Shown in pieces: positions 1 to 10,246 of a stretch of 64,000 nucleotides of DNA. The translations under genes and the position numbers were made by a program. Origin of the DNA: Flavobacteriales bacterium (GTDB taxonomy: Bacteria; Bacteroidota; Bacteroidia; Flavobacteriales_F; PHOS-HE28). The notes beneath the pieces were generated by a model. The model did not search any database. It saw nothing but the letters and a program-made list of their open reading frames with translations, and had not been told where the DNA came from. The DNA is taken from positions 580,640-644,639 of the forward strand of contig CP129489.1 in NCBI GenBank assembly GCA_030584065.1, read 5' to 3'. The number at the start of each line of letters is the position of its first letter. The first letter of the stretch is position 1.

Positions 1-961
1 CGGTGACCGGATCAGGGGTTGGTGCGGTGACGCGGATGCGCAGAACCGGGAAGGCCACGCCGTTGAGGATGCTGCTCTCCCAAACCATGTTCCCCGATCC
101 GGGAACGGTGCTGGGGAGCTCGTTCCCGTAGCTCATCAGCAACAGACTGTCGCCTTCCAGCCCGGTGAGGTCGAGGAGCACCTCCGCGCGTTCGCCGTTG
201 CTCAGCCAGAGCCGGTCCGTGACCTCCGGTGCTGGCAGCAGCCCGCCATCCCCGGCGATGACCTGGAAGGGCCGGCCATCATCGAACCCCAGCGCATAGA
301 TGCGCGCGTTGGAGCCATTCAGGAGACGCAGCCTTACCACTTGCGCCGGGCATTCGAGATAGGCATTCGGGGTGCCGTTCACCAGCACCGAATCGCCGAA
401 GGGATAGAAGGCGAAGTCGCCATTGGCGAGGAACTTCCGGTCCTGGATCACTACGGGGAAGTCATCCACGCCATAAGCGCGGGGCAGCGCCAGCTGCGCC
501 TCTTCCTCGTCGCGTACGATGATGAAGCCGGCCACGCCGAAGTTGGCCTGCTCGGCCGTGAGCTCATGCGGGTGGGGGTGGTACCAGTAGGTGGCCGCCG
601 GATTCTTCACGGGGAACTCGGCCATCCAGCTCTCGCCAGGCGCGATGATCCGCTGAGGCCCGCCATCCATCTCCCCCGGCACATGCATGCCATGCCAATG
701 CATGCTGGTGACCTGTGCGAGCTGGTTGTGTATTGCGATGCGCGCCGTGTCGCCCTGCTGCAGGATCAGGGTTGGGCCGAGGTACTCCGCGCTGGCCCCG
801 TAGGTGGAGGTGGTGATTCCCGGGTAGAACTGGTGCGCATGCTCATCCACCACGAGATGGAACGTGTCGAGCATGAGCACTGGCGGAACAGCCATGGGTT
901 GCATGCCTTGGCCAAGGACCAGGGCAGGGAAGAGGAGGCAGGCGATGGCGAGCTGGCGCAT
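1..961 (-). CDS. Multicopper oxidase (laccase/CotA-like), N-terminal part; gene continues past the window start
   Basis: Minus-strand translation from ATG at 959-961 gives a signal peptide (MRQLAIACLLFPALVLG) and a type-1/3 copper site motif (SMHWHGMHVPGEMDGG). GC3 pattern is good. The plus-strand ORF 341-1120 in the track is its antisense shadow. Confidence 0.7.
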   Translation of the reverse strand, partial: MRQLAIACLLFPALVLGQGMQPMAVPPVLMLDTFHLVVDEHAHQFYPGITTSTYGASAEYLGPTLILQQGDTARIAIHNQLAQVTSMHWHGMHVPGEMDGGPQRIIAPGESWMAEFPVKNPAATYWYHPHPHELTAEQANFGVAGFIIVRDEEEAQLALPRAYGVDDFPVVIQDRKFLANGDFAFYPFGDSVLVNGTPNAYLECPAQVVRLRLLNGSNARIYALGFDDGRPFQVIAGDGGLLPAPEVTDRLWLSNGERAEVLLDLTGLEGDSLLLMSYGNELPSTVPGSGNMVWESSILNGVAFPVLRIRVTAPTPDPVT

Positions 962-1019
962 GGGAAGGCGATGATCCCGCGAAGCAAACCCGGGCGCGCA
1001 CAGGGCGGACTGACGGGCG

Positions 1020-1520
1020 TCAGCGCAGGCGAAGCGGCTTCCGGGGGTCGAAGCCCTCCGTCAGGTCCTGGATGCTCGTCCCTTCGAGCATCCGCTGAAG
1101 GTCCTCGCGCACGGCGATGAAGCGGTCGTGCAGCGGGCATGGGTTCCGGTTCGAGCACTCCTTCAACCCCAGTGCACAGCCTTTGTACACCGAATCGTCG
1201 TCGATCGCCTTCACGATGTCGCTGAGCTTCACCTTGCGCGCGAGCGCCGGGCCGAGCTCATATCCTCCGCCAGGGCCCTTCAGGGAATGGAGCAGGCGGG
1301 CACGCGCCAGCTTCTGCAGGATCTTGGCTGCGAAGGCAGGCGGGGTGCCCGTGCCCTTGGCCACATCCTGCACCGTCAAGCGGCCCCCGTCCGCGCTGCC
1401 GGCGGCGATGAGCACCATGGCGCGGAAGGCATATTCGCAGGCTTTGCTGAACACGGCGGCGAAAGTAGAGGGCGGCGGCCATGCCCGGCTGCCGTTCGTC
1501 ACAGCTCCCTTGATGCGCAT
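1020..1520 (-). CDS. Rrf2-family transcriptional regulator (IscR/NsrR-like)
   Basis: Rrf2-like wHTH N-terminus (SKACEYAFRAMVLIA...) and conserved C-terminal Cys cluster (GCALGLKECSNRNPCPLH). Divergent from slyD. Confidence 0.7.
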   Translation of the reverse strand: MRIKGAVTNGSRAWPPPSTFAAVFSKACEYAFRAMVLIAAGSADGGRLTVQDVAKGTGTPPAFAAKILQKLARARLLHSLKGPGGGYELGPALARKVKLSDIVKAIDDDSVYKGCALGLKECSNRNPCPLHDRFIAVREDLQRMLEGTSIQDLTEGFDPRKPLRLR

Positions 1521-1571
1521 CAGCCATGGCTTCCGGCAGAGGCTTTACATTCACGCCCCATTACCCCAGTC

Positions 1572-2042
1572 ATGCGCATCACCAAGAACTCCGTCGTCTC
1601 CTTTCATTACACCCTCAACGACAGCGAAGGCAAGCTGCTGGATACCAGCGCTGGCCGTGACGCATTCGCGTACCTGCATGGCGGCGGCATGATCGTGCCC
1701 GGCTTGGAGGAGCAGCTGGAGGGCAAGGCGAAGGGTGACTCCATGCGGGTGGAAGTGGAGCCGGCCAAAGGCTATGGCGAGGTGGACCCCCAGTTGGTCC
1801 AGCGTGTGCCGCTCGATCGTTTCGGCGGCCAGCCCGTGGAGGAGGGCATGCAGTTCCAGACCCCGGACAACCGTGTATGGAGCGTGCTGGAGGTCAAGGA
1901 TGACCAGGTGGTGCTCAATGGCAATCACCCGCTGGCCGGCGTCACGCTGCATTTCAGCGTGGAGGTCACCGATGTGCGCGAGGCCACGGCGGATGAGATC
2001 AGCCATGGCCATGTGCACGGGCCGGGCGGTCATCAACACTGA
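1572..2042 (+). CDS. slyD: FKBP-type peptidyl-prolyl cis-trans isomerase SlyD
   Basis: MRITKNSVVSFHYTLNDSEGKLLDTS...LAGVTLHFSVEVTDVREAT plus His-rich tail (HGHVHGPGGHQH), typical of SlyD. The ORF is in frame with the longer track ORF 1128-2042. Confidence 0.8.
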   Translation: MRITKNSVVSFHYTLNDSEGKLLDTSAGRDAFAYLHGGGMIVPGLEEQLEGKAKGDSMRVEVEPAKGYGEVDPQLVQRVPLDRFGGQPVEEGMQFQTPDNRVWSVLEVKDDQVVLNGNHPLAGVTLHFSVEVTDVREATADEISHGHVHGPGGHQH

Positions 2043-2047
2043 GGCCG

Positions 2048-2767
2048 ATGCGGGCCGAGCTGCTCCTAGGCTGGGCATGCTGCACGGCGGGGGGCTCCGC
2101 TGCCCAAGTGCCGTTCGCGCATAACGACAGCATCTTTCTCCTGCGGACCTTCCGCGAAGGCTACCACGCCGTATTCATCGCGCAGCCGCAGGACTCCGTC
2201 TGGGCGCATAGGACCGCTGGCCCTGTGGGTGACGTGACCCGCCATGCATACGTCCGATCGCAGGTGCGCATGCTCGATGAGCTGGGTATCCGGCCGTTAG
2301 CTGGTGCGGCGGGCAGCGGGCGATGGACCGATTGGGTCCCGGTGCAGCGCCTGAATGGCGCCTACTGCCTCTACGCGCCCAGTGATTGGAGCAATCACCG
2401 GCGGGCCCAGGTGCACGGAACATGGTTGGTTACCAGCGAGATGGATGGTCCGATGGTGCATGCCATCACGGGGGCGTCCGTCCCAGCGGATACAGCGCGC
2501 ATCCTCGCGCACTACCGGTGCGTCTCGCTGGTGAGCCATGCCATGGACCCCGGTGATCCCGTGCGGGACCTGCTCATCCACCGCCTGGAGGATGGCGCCG
2601 GCGTGTGCCTCTGGGAGTTCCGTGACAGCACCGGCGACAGCACCTACGCGTTGATGGCACCGATGCATGCGGCTCGGGCCTTGCCGGTGGTGGTGAACCA
2701 CTCGCCCTCGCGCAAGGCGCCGGAATTCCCGTTCGAGGAGCCGGGTCCGCATCTGCTCCGGCGCTGA
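2048..2767 (+). CDS. Hypothetical protein
   Basis: ORF with strong GC3 bias in this frame (coding-like) between slyD and the MBOAT gene. No recognisable motif. True start is uncertain (possibly GTG near 2110). Confidence 0.35.
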   Translation: MRAELLLGWACCTAGGSAAQVPFAHNDSIFLLRTFREGYHAVFIAQPQDSVWAHRTAGPVGDVTRHAYVRSQVRMLDELGIRPLAGAAGSGRWTDWVPVQRLNGAYCLYAPSDWSNHRRAQVHGTWLVTSEMDGPMVHAITGASVPADTARILAHYRCVSLVSHAMDPGDPVRDLLIHRLEDGAGVCLWEFRDSTGDSTYALMAPMHAARALPVVVNHSPSRKAPEFPFEEPGPHLLRR

Positions 2768-2803
2768 GCCGGATCGGCCGCCTGCGTTTCTTCGTGGCGC
2801 GGC

Positions 2804-4225
2804 ATGCTCTTCAATTCGTTCGCATTCGGGGTCTTCCTGCCCGCGGCATTCGCCCTCTACTGGTGGGTGTTCCGCGGCATCCGCGCGCAGAATGCCTTCA
2901 TCCTGGCGGCGAGCTGGCTGTTCTATGCATGGTGGGATTGGCGCTTCCTGGGGCTGCTCATCGTGAGCACCGCGGCCGACTACGGCATCGGGTTGCGGAT
3001 CGGGGCCACCGATGACAACCGGCGCCGGAGGTGGTGGTTATGGGCCAGCATCGCCATCAACATCGGGCTGCTCGGCTGCTTCAAGTACCTCGGGTTCTTC
3101 GTGAATAGCGCAGCGGAGCTGCTCCGCGCGCTCGGGTTCGAGCCGCACCTGCCCGTCCTCCGCATCGTGCTGCCCGTGGGCATCAGTTTCTACACGTTCC
3201 AGACCCTGAGCTATACCATCGATATCCACCGCAGGCAACTGGCTCCTACGCGCGACTTCATCGCCTTCGCGGGATTCGTCTCCTTCTTCCCGCAGTTGGT
3301 GGCCGGGCCCATCGAGCGGGCGCGCGACCTCCTGCCCCAGTTCCATCGGCCACGGGCCTTCGACCGGGCGGATGCCGCGGATGGCCTTCGGCAGATGCTC
3401 TGGGGCTTCTTCAAGAAGATCGCCGTGGCCGATCAGCTCGGTGCCATGGCCGATGTGGTCTTCACCCTCGATCCGCGCACGGCCAGCGGGGTCACCCTCT
3501 TCTTCGGCGCGCTGGCCTTCTCCTTCCAGATCTACGCCGATTTCAGCGGCTACAGCGACATCGCCATCGGGTGCGCAAGGCTCTTCGGCTTCCGGCTCAG
3601 CCGCAACTTCGCCTATCCCTATTTCAGCAGGAGCATCGGCGAGTTCTGGCGGCGGTGGCACATCAGCCTGAGCAGCTGGCTGCGCGACTATGTGTACCTG
3701 CCGCTCGGCGGATGGCGCGGGAAGGCGGGCCGGTTGCGCAACATCCTCATCACATTCGGCACCAGCGGCCTCTGGCATGGCGCCGCGTGGACCTTCGTCG
3801 GCTGGGGGCTGCTGCACGGGCTCTATTACCTGCCGGAGGTGCTCGCCGGCCGGCGTGAGCGACCCTCCGAGGCGCCCACCTGGAGGGATCTTCCCCGCAT
3901 GGTGCCGGTCTTCGGCCTGGTGATGGCCGCCTGGGTCCTGTTCCGGGCGCAATCCATCGAGCTTGCCGGCTCGCACCTCTACCGCATTTTCGCCAATGCG
4001 CGGCTCAGGCCTTACGATATCGTCCCATGGATCACCGCAGGCGTGTGGTGGCTGGTGGCGCTCATGCTGGCGGCGGAGTGGCGCTCGCGGCGTGATGCGC
4101 ATGCGCTGGAGCGGATGCCCCGCACCATGGCGGTGCGCTGGCTGATCTACGTCGTCCTCATCCTGGTGATACTGCTCCGCATGGAGCTCTATGCTGAACA
4201 TGCCTTCATCTACTTCCGCTTCTGA
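2804..4225 (+). CDS. MBOAT-family membrane O-acyltransferase (AlgI/DltB-like)
   Basis: Multi-TM protein with MBOAT signature regions (WWDWRFLGLL..., FSGYSDIAIGCARLFGFRL, conserved His in WHISLSSWLRDYVY). Confidence 0.85.
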   Translation: MLFNSFAFGVFLPAAFALYWWVFRGIRAQNAFILAASWLFYAWWDWRFLGLLIVSTAADYGIGLRIGATDDNRRRRWWLWASIAINIGLLGCFKYLGFFVNSAAELLRALGFEPHLPVLRIVLPVGISFYTFQTLSYTIDIHRRQLAPTRDFIAFAGFVSFFPQLVAGPIERARDLLPQFHRPRAFDRADAADGLRQMLWGFFKKIAVADQLGAMADVVFTLDPRTASGVTLFFGALAFSFQIYADFSGYSDIAIGCARLFGFRLSRNFAYPYFSRSIGEFWRRWHISLSSWLRDYVYLPLGGWRGKAGRLRNILITFGTSGLWHGAAWTFVGWGLLHGLYYLPEVLAGRRERPSEAPTWRDLPRMVPVFGLVMAAWVLFRAQSIELAGSHLYRIFANARLRPYDIVPWITAGVWWLVALMLAAEWRSRRDAHALERMPRTMAVRWLIYVVLILVILLRMELYAEHAFIYFRF

Positions 4226-5177
4226 GGCGCTGCGGTTCGCCATCCGGGCATCGGCCTGCGCGGGCCTGATCGCTCTGCTCGCAGCAGCCGCCATGCAGTG
4301 GGGGCCGCCTGCGGCCCCCTCGAATTACATGCGCGCCACCGTGCTGAAGAACAACCGGCTGCTGCGCGCCGGCTCCCCCAAGGTGATCCTCATCGGCGGC
4401 AGCAACCTCGCCTTCGGTGTGGATAGTGATCGGCTCGGTGAGGCGCTCTGCCGACCGGTGGTCAACATGGGACTTACCGCCGTGCTTGGCTTCCGTTTCA
4501 TTGTCGAGGAGGCCGATCAGGCCATCGGTGAGGGCGACCTCGTCATCGTGGCCGTGGAGCAGAGCTCCTACGAATGCGCCGATCCCGACCTCGATGCGCT
4601 CGCCACGGTGCTCGACTACCGCCGGGAGTCCTTCGCGCTGATTCCTCCCGCACGGCGGCCGCGCCTCTGGCTGAGCCTAGGCGTGCTGCACCTGCAGTCG
4701 CTTGCCGAGCACGCCTGGCACTGGGTCGCAATGGGCGGCCCCCCGCACTACGCTGACCGCCGCTGGCTGCCCAATGGCGATCTGGTGACCGATTACCTCA
4801 CCGCCATCATGCCGGCCGATGCTCCGGCACCGCAGGAGTATGCATCGCTCGAGATCGATCCGCAGTTCTGGGTCATCGCCGCCGATCTGGAGCGCCGGGC
4901 TGCACGAAAGGGCGCTGCGGTGGTGTACTCCTTCGCGCCTTTGGCGGAACGCGCTTACCATCCCGATGACATGGAGCGCCTCACCCGGGAGCTGGCGGTG
5001 CACGGCCACCGCGTGGTGGGCCGCGCCGCCGACCACGTCTATGCCGATTCCTTGTTCTTCGACAGCTGGCACCACCTGCGCGCCCCGGGTCGGCGATTGC
5101 GAACGGAGCGCCTGATAGAGGAGGTCTGCACCGCCCGGCCGGGCGAATGCTGCGACCTTAGCCGGCCACGGGAGTGA
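4191..5177 (+). CDS. Hypothetical protein, probable MBOAT partner (AlgJ/DltD-like accessory?)
   Basis: Overlaps the MBOAT stop by about 35 nt. N-terminal signal/TM region. KVILIGGSNLAFG is reminiscent of SGNH/DltD-type accessory proteins of MBOAT systems. Confidence 0.45.
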   Translation: MLNMPSSTSASEALRFAIRASACAGLIALLAAAAMQWGPPAAPSNYMRATVLKNNRLLRAGSPKVILIGGSNLAFGVDSDRLGEALCRPVVNMGLTAVLGFRFIVEEADQAIGEGDLVIVAVEQSSYECADPDLDALATVLDYRRESFALIPPARRPRLWLSLGVLHLQSLAEHAWHWVAMGGPPHYADRRWLPNGDLVTDYLTAIMPADAPAPQEYASLEIDPQFWVIAADLERRAARKGAAVVYSFAPLAERAYHPDDMERLTRELAVHGHRVVGRAADHVYADSLFFDSWHHLRAPGRRLRTERLIEEVCTARPGECCDLSRPRE

Positions 5178-5204
5178 GGCGAGCGGGGGCGATGGGCCGT
5201 GTGA

Positions 5205-5510
5205 TCACTCCTTCTCCGGCACGAGCACGAAGATGTCCTCGTTGTCGCGCTTCATCAGGTAGCGCTCGCGGGCGAACTTCTCCAGAAGCTCATCGTCGTT
5301 GGCGATCTCGGCCAGCTGCTCCTTGGTGCGCGCGATCTCCTGGGCGTACCATTCGCTCTGCTCCGCCATCCGGCCCAGTTCGCGGTGGTTCTTCCAGGTG
5401 GTCCACAGGTCGTTGTCCGAGAACACCGATATCCAGGCCGCCAGCACCAGCACGGCCAAGCCGTACCGATTGCGCAGGCGCTTGGGGATGCGGTTGAGCA
5501 GGCGGTTCAC
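5205..5510 (-). CDS. Septum formation initiator family protein (FtsB/DivIC-like)
   Basis: 101 aa, single N-terminal TM (LAVLVLAAWISVF) followed by a coiled coil (AQEIARTKEQLAEIANDDELLEKFARERYLM), typical of FtsB/FtsL. Confidence 0.6.
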   Translation of the reverse strand: MNRLLNRIPKRLRNRYGLAVLVLAAWISVFSDNDLWTTWKNHRELGRMAEQSEWYAQEIARTKEQLAEIANDDELLEKFARERYLMKRDNEDIFVLVPEKE

Positions 5511-5681
5511 GGTGCGAAGGAAGGCCCTCCTTCACGGGTAACGCCGCAGGGGGGCGGCCCCGTATTCCACGATCGATCGTGAAGGGCCCTGAGCGACAGC
5601 CGGTTGTTCATAGCGCAACGGCGTTGGCGCAACCGGAGGCCCGGCATTGGGTTTCCTTCGCTGGCCCACGGCCGGCTCCGC

Positions 5682-7151
5682 ATGTCCCCCTCGCTCGTCC
5701 TCAGCGTCATCCTGGCCTACTTCGGGCTGCTGTACCTCATCTCGGTGGTCACCTCGCGCGGCGCGGGGAACAGCGCGTTCTTCCTCGGAGAGCGGCGGTC
5801 GCCCTGGTACGTGGTGGCCTTCGGTATGATCGGGGCGTCCCTCAGCGGGGTCACCTTCATCAGCGTGCCGGGCATGGTGGGGCAGAACCAGTTCAGCTAT
5901 CTCCAGATGGTGCTGGGCTACCTGCCCGGCTATGCAGTGATCGCCTTCGTGCTGATGCCGTTGTACTATCGCCTCGGGCTCACCAGCATCTACGGCTACC
6001 TGGGGCAGCGGTTCGGACGGAGCAGCTACCTCACCGGTGCATGGTTCTTCCTGCTCAGCCGCAGCGTGGGCTCGGCCGCCCGCCTTTACCTGGTGGCCGA
6101 GGTGCTGCAGTACCTGCTGTTCGACGCCTGGGGCGTGCCATTCCTGGCCACGGTGGTCATCACCATCGCGCTCATCTGGCTCTACACGCATCGCGGCGGC
6201 ATGCGTACCATCATCTGGACGGACACGCTGCAGACCGCATTCATGCTGCTGGCGGTGGGCCTTACCGTGGTGCTGCTGGGCGAGCGCATGGGCTGGGGCA
6301 TCGGGGAGACCATCGCCCAGGTCAAGGCCAGCCCGCTCAGCCGTGTGTTCTTCTTCGATGACCCGAAACCCGGCACCTACTTCTGGAAGCAGTTCCTCGG
6401 CGGCATGTTCATCGCCATCGCCATGACCGGGCTCGACCAGGACATGATGCAGAAGAACCTCAGCTGTCGGAGCATCGGCGAGGCGCAAAAGAACATGGTG
6501 AGCTTCAGCCTGGTGCTCGTCGGCGTCAACCTCGTGTTCCTCGCGCTCGGCGCACTGCTGTTCCTCTACGTGGAGCGCACCGGTATCGCGCTGCCACCGA
6601 AGGCCGACCAGCTCTACCCCATGCTCGCCGTGCAGGGAGGGCTGCCCATCCTGGTGGGCCTGCTCTTCCTCCTCGGCCTCATCGCTGCGGCCTATTCCAG
6701 CGCGGACAGCGCCCTAACGGCGCTCACCACCAGCGTCTGCGTGGATGTGCTGGGCATCGACCGCAGGCCCGAGGGCGAGCGGGAGCCGCTGCGCAAGCGC
6801 GTGCACGTGCTCATGAGCGTCCTCATGGTGGTGCTCATCCTCCTCTTCAAGGCGCTCAACGATGATAGCATCATCAAGACCGTGTTCAAGGTCGCTGGCT
6901 ACACCTATGGGCCGTTGCTGGGGCTCTTCGCTTATGGCATGCTCATCAGCGGGGCTGTTCGCGACCGCTGGGTGCCGCTGGTGGCCCTGCTCTCGCCGGT
7001 GATCACCTACCTGATCGACCGGTACTCAACGGTCCTGTTCGCTGGCTACTCCTTCGGGTTCGAGCTGCTGCTGCTGAACGGAGCGCTCACCTTCGCCGGG
7101 CTGCTGCTGCTGCGCGTGTCCGGCGCCGCTGCAGCGCCTTCCCGCAGCTGA
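5682..7151 (+). CDS. Sodium:solute symporter family (SSS) transporter
   Basis: About 13 predicted TM helices and SSS-like N-terminal region (SPWYVVAFGMIGASLSGVTFISVPG). In-frame ATG at 5682 preferred over the Arg-rich extension from 5604. Confidence 0.75.
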   Translation: MSPSLVLSVILAYFGLLYLISVVTSRGAGNSAFFLGERRSPWYVVAFGMIGASLSGVTFISVPGMVGQNQFSYLQMVLGYLPGYAVIAFVLMPLYYRLGLTSIYGYLGQRFGRSSYLTGAWFFLLSRSVGSAARLYLVAEVLQYLLFDAWGVPFLATVVITIALIWLYTHRGGMRTIIWTDTLQTAFMLLAVGLTVVLLGERMGWGIGETIAQVKASPLSRVFFFDDPKPGTYFWKQFLGGMFIAIAMTGLDQDMMQKNLSCRSIGEAQKNMVSFSLVLVGVNLVFLALGALLFLYVERTGIALPPKADQLYPMLAVQGGLPILVGLLFLLGLIAAAYSSADSALTALTTSVCVDVLGIDRRPEGEREPLRKRVHVLMSVLMVVLILLFKALNDDSIIKTVFKVAGYTYGPLLGLFAYGMLISGAVRDRWVPLVALLSPVITYLIDRYSTVLFAGYSFGFELLLLNGALTFAGLLLLRVSGAAAAPSRS

Positions 7152-7251
7152 GGCCGGCGGCCCTTTCGCGCCCGCCACCCAACCGCAGCGCCGCGATGCC
7201 CGTGTATGGGATTGGCAGCGGATGTCCCGCTGCGGTAAAACCCCGATCATC

Positions 7252-8205
7252 ATGCGGATCTCACGGAAAGTGTTGCTCGTGCTCGGCGCCTTCCTCCTGG
7301 TGGTGTCGTGCAGGAAAGAGGAGGAAACCGCCGGCGTTCCGGCAGCAGTGCCTGCAGCGAGCGCCAACCCGCTGCACGCCTATTTCAACAAGCGCGTGGC
7401 GGCGGCGCGCCAGAACTTCAATGTGAATGCCTCCGTTGGCGGTACCATCACGGGCAACGACGGTTGCCGGGTCACCTTCGCGCCGCAGGCCTTCCGCACG
7501 GCAGCGGGTGCGATGGTCAACGGCACGGTGCAGGTCGAGCTGGTGGAGGTGCTCGACTACCGCACCATGATCCGGCTCAACAAGCAGACGGTGGGCAGGA
7601 TGGGGAACGAGCGCCGCATGCTGGGCAGCGGCGGAGAGCTGCGCGTGATCGCCCGGCAGTACGGCGTGGAGGTCGATATCGCGCGCAATGCGGCCACGGT
7701 GAGCGTGCCCACCGGTCAGCCCGATTCCCGGATGCAGGTCTTCTACGGTGACGAGGCGGCCGATGGCTCCGTGGAGTGGGAGTTCACGGAGGATACGCTC
7801 GTCGTTCCCGATACGGCCGATTGGGATTCCGCTTGGGGCGACTGGTTCTACTACACCTTCCAGGCCGATTCGCTCGGATGGCTCAACTGCGACTACTTCC
7901 CGCAAGCGTCATTGAGCGCGGTCTCCATCGCCGCGCCGGCAGGCTTCACGCAGGCGAACACCCTGTTCTGGGTGGCCATCCCCGCGATGAACGGGGTGAT
8001 GAGCTGCTGGTACACCGGCACGGTGTTCCAGTCCGCCATGGCGCCGATCGGCATGCCCGCCGTGATGATCGGCCTGCACCAGGATGCGGATGGGAACCAC
8101 CAGAGCAGCTTCACCGACATCACCATCGCTCCGGGTGCCACGGTGACACCGGTGTTCACGCCCACCACGCTCTCCCAGTTCGAGAGCGACATCAACGGAA
8201 TCTGA
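7252..8205 (+). CDS. Hypothetical lipoprotein
   Basis: Lipoprotein signal MRISRKVLLVLGAFLLVVSC. No recognisable catalytic motifs. Confidence 0.5.
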   Translation: MRISRKVLLVLGAFLLVVSCRKEEETAGVPAAVPAASANPLHAYFNKRVAAARQNFNVNASVGGTITGNDGCRVTFAPQAFRTAAGAMVNGTVQVELVEVLDYRTMIRLNKQTVGRMGNERRMLGSGGELRVIARQYGVEVDIARNAATVSVPTGQPDSRMQVFYGDEAADGSVEWEFTEDTLVVPDTADWDSAWGDWFYYTFQADSLGWLNCDYFPQASLSAVSIAAPAGFTQANTLFWVAIPAMNGVMSCWYTGTVFQSAMAPIGMPAVMIGLHQDADGNHQSSFTDITIAPGATVTPVFTPTTLSQFESDINGI

Positions 8206-8266
8206 GCGCGTCCTCCTGCGCATCGGGCCCTCCGGACGGACCGGGGGGCTCGACCGTTGGGGGCGG

Positions 8267-9088
8267 TCAATCCTGCCGTTGCCAGTTCCTTTCGATCACC
8301 TCCAGGAGCTCGGCGTGGATGGCGCTGTTGCTGGCCACGATCTCCTCATCGAACACGGGGTCCTTGCTGGGGCGGAACCCGCTTACGCGTCCGCCCGCCT
8401 CGCGCACCAGCAGCACACCGGCGGCCACGTCCCAGCTGTTCAGCCCGTACTCGTAGAAGGCCTCGAAGCGGCCGCAGGCCACATAGGCCAGGTCTGCGGC
8501 GGCGCTGCCGAGCCTGCGGATGCCGCGCGTGCGGTGCATCAGCTCGCGGAGCAGGTCCAGGTATTCGCTCTCGTAGCCGAAGTCGTCGTAGGGGAAGCCG
8601 GTGGCGAGCAGGCTGTCCTGCAGGGTGGTGCGCTCGCTCACGCGGATGGGCAGCCCGTTGAGGTAGGCCCCGCCGCCGCGCCAGGCCGTGAAGCGCTCGT
8701 CGCGCGTCACCTCATGCACCACGCCCAATAAGGGCTCGGTGCCGTCGAGCAGGGCGATGCTGATGCAGTAGCACGGCACCCCGTGCACGAAGTTGGTGGT
8801 GCCATCGAGCGGGTCGATGACCCAGTTGAGGCGCTCCCGCTGCTCCCCGCTGCCCTCCTCGGCGATGAAGCCTGCCTCGGGCAGCAGTTTCTCCAGGCCC
8901 TCCACCAGCCGGTCCTCGCTCACATGGTCAACATGCGTGACCAGGTTGTTCGCGCTCTTGGCGCTGACGCGGGCATCGGTGAGCTTGCCCGCCTCGCTGC
9001 GGATGAAGGAGGCGACATCCACGCTGATCGCGGTGACCTGTTCGGTGAGCTTGCGGAGGTCCATAGGGGATGGGTTGAATGCGTTCAT
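8267..9088 (-). CDS. suhB: Inositol monophosphatase family protein (SuhB-like)
   Basis: IMPase motifs [15 protein letters not shown] and [17 protein letters not shown]. Confidence 0.85.
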   Translation of the reverse strand: MNAFNPSPMDLRKLTEQVTAISVDVASFIRSEAGKLTDARVSAKSANNLVTHVDHVSEDRLVEGLEKLLPEAGFIAEEGSGEQRERLNWVIDPLDGTTNFVHGVPCYCISIALLDGTEPLLGVVHEVTRDERFTAWRGGGAYLNGLPIRVSERTTLQDSLLATGFPYDDFGYESEYLDLLRELMHRTRGIRRLGSAAADLAYVACGRFEAFYEYGLNSWDVAAGVLLVREAGGRVSGFRPSKDPVFDEEIVASNSAIHAELLEVIERNWQRQD

Positions 9089-10242
9089 GCGGCGGTGCCA
9101 CGGGGCTTCCTGCGGATCCAGAGCAATCCGCCGAGTCCGGCCAGCATCAGCAGCGTGGCGATGATCTCCGCCTGCGTGATGGTCCCGAGCACGTGCACGT
9201 TCACACGGATCTTCTCGATGAAGAAGCGCTCGAGGCCGTTCAGGAAGAGGAAGAGGAAGAAGATGCTACCGGCCGGCTTCAGGCGCTTGCGCAGGGCCCA
9301 GAGCCCGGCGAAGAAGAGCAGGCAGACGATGGTCTCATAGAGCGGGGTGGGGAAGACGGTCTCCGGCAGCACGGTGCAGTACCCCTCGAAGCAGGGCCTG
9401 CCGTCGGTGAGGGGGATGCCTACGCCGTTCACGTTGTTCGGATAGTCGTACTGCCACAGCCATTTGGGGCCCGGGCCGAGGAAGTTGGTGTTCACGATGC
9501 CCCAGTCGCCATCGCCGCTCACCTGGCAGCCGATGCGCCCAACCGCATAGGCCAGCATCACCCCCGGCGCTGCCGCATCGGCGCCGTGCCAGATGGGTAT
9601 GCCGTTCCTCTTGAAGTAGCGCATCACCATGGCGCCCGCCACGATGAGGCCGCCGTACATGGTGAGCCCGGTGATGACATCGCCGCCCGAGGGAGCCGTG
9701 ATGAATGCGATGAATTCGCCCGGGTTCTCGAGCCAGTGGAACAGCTTGGCGCCGATCAGGCCCCAGATGGCTGCCGTGATGGTGATGTTGCCGGCGTGCT
9801 CGTGCGGCAGCACCTTCACCTGCTCGGTGCGAGGCTCCTCCAGCCGTGCCTTCTGCCGCTCGCGCCAGCGCAGCCAAACGAGCAGCGCGGCCACGGCGAG
9901 CCCGGCGATCACGTCTCCCTGCGCACTGAGCAGGAAGGCCGGCGGATCCGCCAGCGCTTCGTCGCTGCGGGTGATCAGGAAGAACCCCTTCCAGCCCAGC
10001 ACGAAGCCCAGGATCCCCTGGCCGATGAGCTCGCCCGCTGTCGCCGGCTGGCCGATGGTCTGGGTGCGCACCGTGGCCCGCATCAGCCCCAGGCCCTCCA
10101 TGCGCCGCAGCTCCCGGCCCAGCGTCCAGCTCGCCAGTATGAAAGCGAGGGCCACGAAGAATCCGAAGCTGTTGAGCATCCGGAGGATGCCGATGTCCAG
10201 CCCGAGCAGGTCGTGGACGGCGTGGTAGAGGGTCGGGTACAT
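9085..10242 (-). CDS. lgt: Prolipoprotein diacylglyceryl transferase
   Basis: N-terminus MYPTLYHAVHDLLGLDIGILRMLNSFGFFVALAF and the GRIGCQVSGD signature of Lgt. Long Bacteroidota-type form with an insertion. 4-nt overlap with suhB. Confidence 0.8.
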   Translation of the reverse strand: MYPTLYHAVHDLLGLDIGILRMLNSFGFFVALAFILASWTLGRELRRMEGLGLMRATVRTQTIGQPATAGELIGQGILGFVLGWKGFFLITRSDEALADPPAFLLSAQGDVIAGLAVAALLVWLRWRERQKARLEEPRTEQVKVLPHEHAGNITITAAIWGLIGAKLFHWLENPGEFIAFITAPSGGDVITGLTMYGGLIVAGAMVMRYFKRNGIPIWHGADAAAPGVMLAYAVGRIGCQVSGDGDWGIVNTNFLGPGPKWLWQYDYPNNVNGVGIPLTDGRPCFEGYCTVLPETVFPTPLYETIVCLLFFAGLWALRKRLKPAGSIFFLFLFLNGLERFFIEKIRVNVHVLGTITQAEIIATLLMLAGLGGLLWIRRKPRGTAA

Positions 10243-10246
10243 GGGT

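Noticed and set aside
341-1120. Track ORF 341-1120 (+) of 259 aa
   Set aside because: Antisense to the multicopper oxidase CDS (clear HWHGMHVPGEMDGG motif on the minus strand). Arg/Gly/His-rich composition typical of high-GC shadow ORFs.
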